From: a virus
Lineage: Duplodnaviria; Heunggongvirae; Uroviricota; Caudoviricetes
DNA length: 64,000 bases
Reading direction: 5' to 3' (one strand)
Virus record (IMG/VR): IMGVR_UViG_3300026302_000005
Span: 145,301 to 209,300 of that record
Position 1 is the stretch's first letter, and the number at the start of each line of letters is the position of its first letter. Below, piece by piece: positions 1 through 8,556 of the stretch. The notes under the pieces were generated by a model. It saw only the letters and a program-made list of their open reading frames with translations, ran no database searches and was not told the origin of the DNA. Made by a program: the position numbers and the translations under genes.

Positions 1-2029
1 CGTTGGGCGCTGGACCGTCGATCCGTTAGGAAGCTGAACAGCATCGGTGCTTGTGAAGATGGTGGATGCGTTTACTCCAGCCCCAAACTGGAAGCGAGCA
101 GCTTCTGTTCCACCAGCAGATAGTCCGAGAATGTCGGCGGCGGGAGAGAACACACCGGTATTCGGATCGGTGATGAAAGACCAAGCCGGGAATGCTGCGG
201 TTCCGATGGTTTCGACGCGGGCTACCCCACCGATAAGGGTCAACGCCGTGTTGTTTCCACCGTTGCGAACAACGTTGAAGTCCATCTGAGCGTCTTCGGT
301 TGCAGCGACAGAATCAACCACTCGAACCGAAATGCGTCCATACAGGGTTCTGGTCAGTGTGCTGTTTGGGCCGTTGAAATCTACGGTGCCGAGTAGGGTT
401 CCCAGAACCGGTGCGACAGTATCGGTGTATACCAGATCAACCTGGGGAGTAAGGGTGTTTGCACGTGTCACCTCAATACCAGTTGCCAAGAACCTAGCAG
501 TTTCAACTCCACCAACGGTGGCGCTGATGGTGTTGGCTGCGGATCGATAGAAACCGGTATCCAGATCGTTGTCAAAAGTCAGAGCCGGGGCTGTCGGGAG
601 AACTGCTGATCCATCCAGTTGAATCTGAGCAGCAGTATCCATGACCAGGTTGCCGGTCATCGTATCGCCAGCTTTTTCGACCCAGATATCGCCAGCACCA
701 CCAGCCACGAGACCCAGGTTGGTCCGTGCCGTGGCGACGTTGGTCAGATCAGACAGGTTGTTGACTGCGAGCAATGCACCGGAGAATCCTGCCAATTGCG
801 TAGCCAAGCTGTTGCGGTCGATCTTGCGGTTGTTCGTGCCGTTCCAGTAGATGAATTCATCGGTAGCGGCCAGGGTCAGGTCAGCGGTCAGACCGGTGAT
901 GTTGATACCAATCGTGCTGTTACCAGCCACACCGTTACCGTTGGTGACCACGATACCTTCTTGACCAGCCACAGCACCAGTGATTGTGCGGAGTGCGAAG
1001 GTTGCATCACCGGTGCGGACCATGTATCCGGTGCCAACACCCAATGCATCGATTGCAGCCAATTCGGCCTGTTCCGATGCTGGGATATCAGCAGTGGTCA
1101 AGATGCTCAGGCTGGAGATCATGCTGGCGAAGGTTGCCTTGCGATCTGCGGTCGAAAGCACATCAAAGAACGGCAGAGTGTCGGTAGGATCGATAGTTCC
1201 GGTTGTCAGCGTGGTGGTGTTCAGACTGATGGTGCTACCAGCGATTCCGATACCAGGACCAGAGGTAACCAACGCTCCGAAGTTACCCTGTGTGACAAGT
1301 TGGAGATCGGCGATCAGACTGGTGAAGGTGCGAGCCCGGTGTGCCGTAGCAGTCGTGCTAAAGAACGGAACCGTGTCTGCTGCCACAACAGCGGTGGTCG
1401 TCAGCAAGCTAGGGATGTTCATCTGGAAGTCGGCACCAACCAACTGCACCCCGGTGGATGCGGTGTAGGCACCAGCCGACGAGAACTGAATCCACGGCAT
1501 CGGATCGGTTCCCAGCACATCGTTGCTGTCAAACGTCGTGGTGTATCCACCCACGGTTGGCACGAACCGTGCCCTCTTCGATGAAGGTGAAGGCCGAACC
1601 CAGTTTCGTGTTGGTATCAGCGTCCAATGCACGTGATGCAGCACCAGCCGCAACGATCACATAGATACCGTTCTGGGCTGGAGCAGTCTGACCCAGAAGG
1701 AGGATACGATCCCCAGTGACCATGGTAACACCGTCATGGACCGATCCGTTGGTCAGACCGGTAGCGATGTTTACGTTCACGCTGGATGAGGCCCGCACGG
1801 ACTCTTTCGGTGCCAGACCTTGAATCAGGGCATCGACATAGGACTTGGACGTTGCATCGTTGGGGTTCAGCGGAATGGCTGCAATCCGGACGTTGGCCGG
1901 AGTTGTTCCATCGGCGGCGAACATACGAAATACGGTCGCAGCGGTGTTCCAGTCTACGAAGCCACCGCGACGTCCATGTTGAACGGTTCCGCCGATGCCG
2001 ATTTGACCGAAGTTATAGATAGTTGCCAT
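1..2029 (-). CDS. Large virion fibre/structural protein A (runs off left edge; +1 frame break near 1547-1554)
   Basis: ORF 1529..2029 (MATIYNFG...FIEEGTVRANRG) continues in the +1 frame as YTTTFDSNDVLGTDPMPWIQFSSAG; the same frame is in use at position 1 (IFTSTDAVQLPNGSTVQRPT). Contains fibre-type motifs (NDATSKSYVD, DTVPFF, NNLSD..ARTNLGL). Confidence 0.75.
640..763. repeat. ~124-bp module shared with 7278-7401
   Basis: Near-identical DNA encoding NNLSD(L/V)xNVxTARTNLGLVAGGAGDIWVEKAGDxMTGNLVM in both fibre genes. Confidence 0.9.
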
Positions 2030-2041
2030 GCTTTTGTGTCC

Positions 2042-2740
2042 TTAGGTCGCTAGGTAGTTGACGGTAATGCCCGCTATGCCGAGGGTTCCCCCGTTGGCTG
2101 CTGGACCCGTGTTGAATACTGCCCGGATGAGCCCGGAGATCGGGGTAGTCAAAGTCAGATGTTGTTCGATGTAGATACCGACCCGCTTGATATCGATGCT
2201 GATCGCTGGCATCAGGTTGATCGGACCCAATGCTGTTTCAATCAGCATCGTGTCTACAATCGGATCATTGAATGCGGTGGGAATTTCTACCACGATGCTG
2301 GTGACGGAAAATCCAGGTGGGACGGTTCCGATGTTGTAAGTCGCAAGACCGGTGTCTGGTGGAGTATTGAAGTTGATGATCCGACGGACTGCCAGATCAC
2401 TCCCAGTGATGGTTCCGATGATCTGTCGAATGACGTCTTCACCACCGGTCTGATCCCAGATGCCGTTACCGGTGTAAACGAAGATCGCCGAATCACCAGG
2501 ATCGATGTTGAAGATTTGCGGACCACCCTGAACGTTCACCTGAACGATCACATCGTTGGTGCTTGCACTCTGGTTGTTGATGTGGAATTTCTTACCAACG
2601 TAGGAGTTCGGAAGAACGTGGATCGGGCTTCCACCGGTCTGCAACACCGTCATACCTTCGTAGTAGTTGACAAATGTGTTCGTCAACAGCAACCCCGAAG
2701 GGTTGGTCACTGTGGTCCACTTATGGTTGATGCTCTTCAT
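2042..2740 (-). CDS. Putative virion structural protein
   Basis: 232-aa beta-rich ORF preceded by a minus-strand TAAATA at 2772-2777; directly upstream of fibre gene A. Confidence 0.65.
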   Translation of the reverse strand: MKSINHKWTTVTNPSGLLLTNTFVNYYEGMTVLQTGGSPIHVLPNSYVGKKFHINNQSASTNDVIVQVNVQGGPQIFNIDPGDSAIFVYTGNGIWDQTGGEDVIRQIIGTITGSDLAVRRIINFNTPPDTGLATYNIGTVPPGFSVTSIVVEIPTAFNDPIVDTMLIETALGPINLMPAISIDIKRVGIYIEQHLTLTTPISGLIRAVFNTGPAANGGTLGIAGITVNYLAT

Positions 2741-2823
2741 TGATCACATACCGGCTTCATTTGGTTCATAGTATTTAGCAATCCGTGATGCCCGTGTTCC
2801 TATGACGGATGTAAGAAAAGCTC

Positions 2824-2854
2824 TTGACAGGTCTTCGGGTCCAGTCTATAAATA
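2824..2854 (+). promoter_or_regulatory. tmRNA promoter (sigma70-type, -10 overlapping TATAAATA)
   Basis: TTGACA 2824-2829, 17-bp spacer, TATAAA 2847-2852; 2847-2854 is also the full T4 late consensus TATAAATA. Confidence 0.8.
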
Positions 2855-2859
2855 CGACT

Positions 2860-3258
2860 GTGACCGTTTGAGTTAATCGGACACACGTTCTGGACCCGGG
2901 GGCAGTTCCCGGCAGGTCCACCACGAGCACATCGAGTTTGGACTGTTCGCCTTCGGGGTCAATGGAAAGACGCTCAGACGCTCACGTTGGTTAGACGCAT
3001 TCCCTTCGGCGGATGTGTGGTCGCGTGAGCTAGAAATCGATGTTCTCTTGATGGGCCTGACATAGGATCGACAGGCGTGGGAATGTGATGCGAGGGCACC
3101 GGGCGAAAGCGCCGTTACCGCAATAAAACACTAACTGCAAACGTCGCAAACGACAACTTTGCACCGATGGCAATGGCCGCTTGATCGCTTAGGCGATTCA
3201 GCTTCCAACCTGCCACTGGCTTGGGCTTTCCAGAGCCTCGAAACAGAATCTGGCCGGA
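2860..3258 (+). ncRNA. ssrA: Circularly permuted two-piece tmRNA (acceptor piece to 2923, intervening segment 2924-3052, coding piece from 3053); outer ends approximate
   Basis: T-arm and acceptor end CCCGGGGGCAGTTCCCGG-CAGGTCC-A-CCA come first, then the 5' end GGGCCTG-ACATAGGATCGAC. The 7-bp acceptor stem has the G3.U70 alanine determinant. Tag frame 3137-3184 reads ANVANDNFAPMAMAA-stop. Confidence 0.95.
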
Positions 3259-3288
3259 ACGGGCTCCTTCGGGGGCCCGTTTTGTTTG
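3259..3288 (+). terminator. Intrinsic terminator after ssrA
   Basis: ACGGGCTCC-TTCG-GGGGCCCGT followed by a T-tract. Confidence 0.85.
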
Positions 3289-3346
3289 GAAATATGATCG
3301 CTCATATTTTCGTATCCCTAAATAGTTTGAACTATGGAGATACGAG

Positions 3347-3658
3347 ATGGCCTACAGCTATGCAACACAAAGAAAAATCCGGATCATCGAGGAACGACTT
3401 GGTTCGGATTGGGCAGACCAACGCCCGGGTTTGAGCATCGACGCGATCTACAACCAGATCATCGGGGATGACCGCAAAAACCTGTTCTGCAAGATCAGTG
3501 GATCGGCCAAAGACAACCTCGACACGATGACCCAGTTCCACAAGACCGGGATGGCTGAGTTCATCGAAAGCCTTATCCACGCGGAATGGATGCGGTTCTC
3601 GGATCGGGCTCGGGAAGTCGAGCAAGTCATGTTGCGGGAATTCTCCGGTTCTTCTTGA
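3347..3658 (+). CDS. Hypothetical protein (late)
   Basis: TAAATA 3319, GGAG SD, 103-aa ORF. Confidence 0.7.
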   Translation: MAYSYATQRKIRIIEERLGSDWADQRPGLSIDAIYNQIIGDDRKNLFCKISGSAKDNLDTMTQFHKTGMAEFIESLIHAEWMRFSDRAREVEQVMLREFSGSS

Positions 3659-3710
3659 CAACCTGGTCCTAAAGGGGGTATCTTCTTCCATGTAAGAATG
3701 GAAGAGAATC

Positions 3711-5075
3711 ATGAAGACGTATATCCCCAATGGACCATGCCTGGTGGTCCTGGTCGGCCCCTCCGGTGGGGGCAAGTCCACGTTCACGCAGAAGTATTTT
3801 GAACCTCGTGAGGTTGTGTCTTCGGACGACCTCCGCGAATGGTTCACTGGCGACTTCCAGCGACAGGACAAGAATCAGGAAGTGTTTGAAGAGTTTCGTC
3901 GTCGCATCGAAGTCCCGTTGAAAGCTGGACAGCGAGTTGTGGCCGATGCCACGCACATTCGTGATAGCGAACGTCGGCAGACCGCCGAGATCGGATACAT
4001 GATGAATGTTCCGGTCTACTACGTGGTGATCAACCGCTCTGTTATCGGGAAGATGCAGACTGGTGGATGGTGTAACTCCGTTCGCATGAGCGGTGGCACG
4101 TCACTGATCGAATCGCACGAAGAAACCTTCATGGCCAATGAAGCCAAGATTCTGGCCGGTGACAATTGCAAGTGGGTTACGGTCATCGACACCCGTCGGG
4201 AAGACCTTGATCTGGTGGTGGCCAAAGCTCTGCCTCGTGATCCTCTGGAGGGACTTCGGTTCCTCTACAATCGGGGATTCCGGAAGATTCGAGTCATTCC
4301 GGATGTCCATGGCAATCTGGAAGGGTTGAAGTCGGTTCTGTCCACGGTGGACGATAAGACTTTCTGCCTGTTCCTGGGTGACATCGTTGACTACGGCACA
4401 GCTTCGTGGGAGTGCGTGGATATCGTCGAGCAGATGGTCTCGAACGGACTGGCCGTGATGGTTCGTGGTAACCATGATCGGAAGATCGCCCGGTATGTCC
4501 AGCAGACCATCAACGGCGGAGAATTCACCGGTCATATCGGGCTCGGAAACGATGTCACGATCAACCAGGTGAAAGCCATGCATCCGTCCTGGGCCATGAA
4601 AATCCAGACCCGGTTCCTGAGCCTCATGGAACAGACTCCGGATTGGATTGAACTCGGGGACTGGTTGTTCGTGCATGCCGCCGTAGATGCGAAGATGTTC
4701 GGTAACACTCTGTTCCGTGCCCATCGCAACTCCTATTTGGAAACCATGGCTCTCTACGGGGAAACTCAGGGAGACGAGGTAACCGAGAAGGGATACCCGG
4801 TTCGCACTTACGGCTGGATCGAGACGGTTCCGGATCGGAAGAATGCTGTTCTGGGTCATCAGATTCTGTCGGTGGTTGCCCCGGTCGAGAAGCGGACCCC
4901 CACGGGTGGTCGGCTGATCTTTCTGGATACCGGAAGCAGCAAGGAAGTGGATGATGTTTCCGGGTTCCTGTCCTATCTGGACATGGACATTGTGGACGAA
5001 TCCACCGGTCGGCGACAGGATGGGATTCTCCGGAAGCTCAGGCTGATCCCGCAAGATGCCTATGGGCGTGAATGA
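3711..5075 (+). CDS. Polynucleotide kinase-phosphatase (Pnkp-type kinase plus metallophosphoesterase; no ligase domain)
   Basis: P-loop GPSGGGKST, SSDDLR, VVADATH; phosphoesterase motifs DVHG, GDIVDYG, RGNHD, VHA, LYG, GH, DTG. Promoter TTGACA 3655. Confidence 0.9.
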   Translation: MKTYIPNGPCLVVLVGPSGGGKSTFTQKYFEPREVVSSDDLREWFTGDFQRQDKNQEVFEEFRRRIEVPLKAGQRVVADATHIRDSERRQTAEIGYMMNVPVYYVVINRSVIGKMQTGGWCNSVRMSGGTSLIESHEETFMANEAKILAGDNCKWVTVIDTRREDLDLVVAKALPRDPLEGLRFLYNRGFRKIRVIPDVHGNLEGLKSVLSTVDDKTFCLFLGDIVDYGTASWECVDIVEQMVSNGLAVMVRGNHDRKIARYVQQTINGGEFTGHIGLGNDVTINQVKAMHPSWAMKIQTRFLSLMEQTPDWIELGDWLFVHAAVDAKMFGNTLFRAHRNSYLETMALYGETQGDEVTEKGYPVRTYGWIETVPDRKNAVLGHQILSVVAPVEKRTPTGGRLIFLDTGSSKEVDDVSGFLSYLDMDIVDESTGRRQDGILRKLRLIPQDAYGRE

Positions 5076-5101
5076 AAAGGGGCCCCGAGGGGCCCCTTTT
5101 G
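5076..5101. terminator. Bidirectional intrinsic terminator
   Basis: AAAAGGGGCCCC-GA-GGGGCCCCTTTT-type palindrome between convergent genes. Confidence 0.85.
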
Positions 5102-5102
5102 G

Positions 5103-8100
5103 TTAGATGGCAGAGTTGTTGTAGTATTCCACGATGATCCGTCCTGCTCCCACCGTGGGCACACCGGTGACGACCTGAATACGAAGGTTTTCTGCGGCAC
5201 CCGTGGTATTGCGGTAGTTGATGCTGGACTCGTAAGTTCCGACGACCTGGGCATCAATATCGACCTGATCCATGATATCACCACCGGTAACCATGTTGAC
5301 CTGGATGTTAGCGAGGTTGTCATAGGCAGTATCGATGTAGACCCGGACCCGAAGAATACGACCATTGTTCGGGATCGACCCGATGATCGTGTTGTTTACC
5401 AGGGCAAAAGACCCTTCAAGAACTTGGACTCCATTACCGGCGACGGCAAGCTGGCTGGCTAGAGCCGTGACCCCGATTTTACGGTTGTTCGTGCCGTTGA
5501 AATACGGGAACGTGTCTGTTCCAACCAAGGTAGCATCGGTGGTCAGACCGTTGATGTCCAATCCAACAGTTGGGTTACCAGCGACACCGTTGCCGTTGGT
5601 GATGACCACGCCTTCTTGACCAGCCGTGGCCGAGGCCGTGATGGTGCGGCTGGCATAGGTGTTGGCTGCGGTGCGTGTCAGAATGCCGTTGGCCGCAGCC
5701 GTAACGATGTTGAGGTCAGCCAGGATGTTGGTCCATGACCGGAATTCAGCCTGGTTGGCAGCGGCGGATCGGAAATACGGAACCGTATCGGCGAGTAGCA
5801 CGACGTTGGTGCCGACCATCAGGTTGTTGGTGAACGCGATGGTGGTTGGGCCCGTGCCGGTGATCGAAATACCACGACCGGCAGTCATGGACGCGGTGAA
5901 GTTTGCGACCGTAAGGATGCTCAGATCGCTGAGGATGTTTCCCCAAGACCGGAATTCCGGGGCGTTGGCGTTGGATGCATCGAAATAAGGAACGGTGTCA
6001 GCCGCCAGCACCGAACCGACGTCAGCCAAACCAGCACGGCTAAAGCTTACCGTGAGTGTATCAGTTGCAGCGACACCAGCAATGGTGATACCATCACCAG
6101 CAGTCAGGTTGAGGGTATCACCGGGGGTATCAGATACGATTGACGTATCACCGGTGGTGTTACCGGCTGTAGTGATGGTTCCGAATGAGTTCGATCCTGA
6201 AATGGATGCAGTAGTGATGAATTCAAATGTGTTGGATGTGTCATTCCACTGAATGATCTGGTTACCACCAGCATCGATAGCGGTCAACGTGGTCAGGGTG
6301 TTGGCGGCGTTTGCCACCAGGACGCTAAATGCCGGAATCGCGGTCAGACCGGTTCCGCCGTTCGCAACAGCAACCGTGCCAGTTCTGATGTTACGATCTG
6401 CGATGATGTTGGCAAACGATCTGAACTGAGGAGTTGTTCCACCCGAGAAGAACGGAACGGTGTCGGTCGCCAACGTCGCGGTGTCCACCATCAAGTTGTT
6501 GGTGAAGTTGATAGTTGAGCCGGTGATGCCAATACCACGACCAGCCGTTACAGCAGTCGCTAGGTTACCTGTCGTGATGATGCTGAGGTCAGCAATGATG
6601 TTGTTCCAGGTGCGGAATTCCGCCTGGTTACCGTTTGAGGCATCGAAGAATGGAACAGTATCAGTGCCCAGGACCGTAATTGTTCCAACCATCAGGTTGT
6701 TAGTGAAGCTGATGGTTGAACCGGTGATGTTGATACCACGACCAGCCGTGACCGCCGTCGAAAGGTTTGTTGTCGTGATGATGCTGAGATCGGTGAGGAT
6801 GCCACTCCAGGTCTGAGACGCTGGGGCAAAAGCGTTGGATGCATCAAAGAACGGAACGGTGTCGGTTCCAACAATTGAGGTAGTTGGTGTCAGGCCGTTG
6901 TTCGAGAAGGCGATGGTGGGTCCGGAAATGGTGATACCATCGCCCGCGACATAGTTGGTTCCCAGTGTGGACCATGAACCAGCCTGATACCCTTCGAACG
7001 TGCTGAGGGTGCTGTTGTAACGGATCATACCGTTGACTGGGGTCGCGGGACGAGCCGTTGTGATACCGGACGGAAGTTGCAGGGCATCGGAAGTGGCAAT
7101 AACGACTGATGCACCACCACCACCGGACGGACGAACCGTAACCGTATCTACGCCACTGTTGACCATGACCATGGTGCCGGAGCCGGAGCGACGGATACCC
7201 GTGGTTGGATCGGCGTCAAATTGAACGCCCGGGCTACCTACGGTGCCGTCAGCAAGACGAACCCGTGCAGTTCCGGTCATGACCAAGTTGCCGGTCATGG
7301 CATCGCCAGCCTTTTCGACCCAGATATCGCCAGCACCGCCAGCCACGAGACCCAGGTTGGTCCGGGCAGTAACAACGTTGGCTACGTCAGACAGGTTGTT
7401 GGCAACCTGGAGGAAGCCCGCAGCACTTACGCCGTCCAGAAGGTCTGCATCCAGACCGGAGCCTGCCCCATCGTTACCCTGGTGCCAGATTTGGAAGGTT
7501 GTGCCGATGATCCCGATTTCCCACCGGTCAAGAACTTCGTTCCAGATCAGAGTGGCATCGGTGAGCGATCCACGATCAACAACTAGACCAGCAGAACCAA
7601 GCGTGACACCGGCACCAACTTCGCCGTTGTTCAGGGTGATCGTGTTGTCGGTGATGGCCAGGTTGGCGGAGTTGATCGTCGAGGTGGTTCCGTTGACGTT
7701 CAGGTTACCCTGAATAGTCACGTCACTGGTGAACACGGCATCCTGACCACCATCGATGGTTAGGGCGGTAACACCGTTGGTGGCAAAACCAATCGTGTTG
7801 GCGGCGGCACGATAAAAGCCGGTATCGAGATCGCTGGTGAATGTGATAGATGGTGCCGCAGCCGAGCCGTTGGCAAATGTGCCTACGCCGGTGACGGTCA
7901 GGTTGGTAACCGTGAGGTTGCCGGTGTTAGCAACCAGTGATACCCAGTTGGTGCCGTTGTAGATATACGGCTCACCCAAACCACCTTGACGGAGATAGAA
8001 GTCACCGACACGAAGAATGTCGATGGGGGGTTGGTGGGGTTACTGTGGGGTCGGCTGTCCCCTGGTAAATCGTCGCACCCCGTAGCTGGATACGAAATTG

Positions 8101-8139
8101 TGCCTCGGTGGTTCCGCGAAGGTTACTAAAGGTTGTCAT
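5103..8139 (-). CDS. Large virion fibre/structural protein B (+1 frame break at C6 run, 8025-8030)
   Basis: The 958-aa ORF 5103..7979 lacks a good start. ATG 8139 gives MTTFSNLRGTTEAQFRIQLRGATIYQGTADPTVTPPTP, which joins IDILRVGDFYLRQGGLGEPYIY if one C is skipped. Tandem TAGRGIxITG..FTNNLMV..DTVPFF repeats and GLDADLLDG motif. Confidence 0.8.
7278..7401. repeat. Second copy of the ~124-bp fibre module
   Basis: Matches 640-763. Confidence 0.9.
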
Positions 8140-8142
8140 GAT

Positions 8143-8556
8143 TTATCCAGTTACAAGAGACGGCTTCTTCCTATTTACCAGATCAATACGACGTTTCTTG
8201 ACCCGCTTCAAATAGTGATCGGTGATCGAATAGACGGGCCCGATGGGATCGATCTCCAAACCCTTTCGCGGAATGACAGATAGTGATTCGTTGAACCGGT
8301 CGAACTGTCGGCCAATATAGCAGTCGATGGGAAGAGACATGCCAGACTCCCACCACCACCGGTCTGCATGTTCCATGAACACCACCTTGTCACGATCCTC
8401 GATCTTTGCGAGATCGTAGAACGAGATGAACCTGGCATTGCCGTTTTGCACGACGCCGCACCGCCACTCGTTGGTGTCCTTCATAATCATGAACGTCAAA
8501 AACTCGTGTTGCGCACGAGTTTTCTCAATCAAATCCAGCAAATCATCTTGTATCAA
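8143..8556 (-). CDS. Hypothetical protein
   Basis: 137-aa ORF (FLT..GVVQN..SFYD..WWWES), translationally coupled to its neighbours. Confidence 0.75.
   Translation of the reverse strand: MIQDDLLDLIEKTRAQHEFLTFMIMKDTNEWRCGVVQNGNARFISFYDLAKIEDRDKVVFMEHADRWWWESGMSLPIDCYIGRQFDRFNESLSVIPRKGLEIDPIGPVYSITDHYLKRVKKRRIDLVNRKKPSLVTG

Noticed and set aside
3159-3434. 91-aa ORF and antisense ORFs overlapping the tmRNA 3' region
   Set aside because: They overlap the tmRNA tag, terminator and late promoter; spurious.
5650-6960. Tandem repeats suggestive of a CRISPR array or DGR template/variable repeats
   Set aside because: They are degenerate in-frame protein repeats without unique spacers; differences are not adenine-specific and no reverse transcriptase is present in the window.
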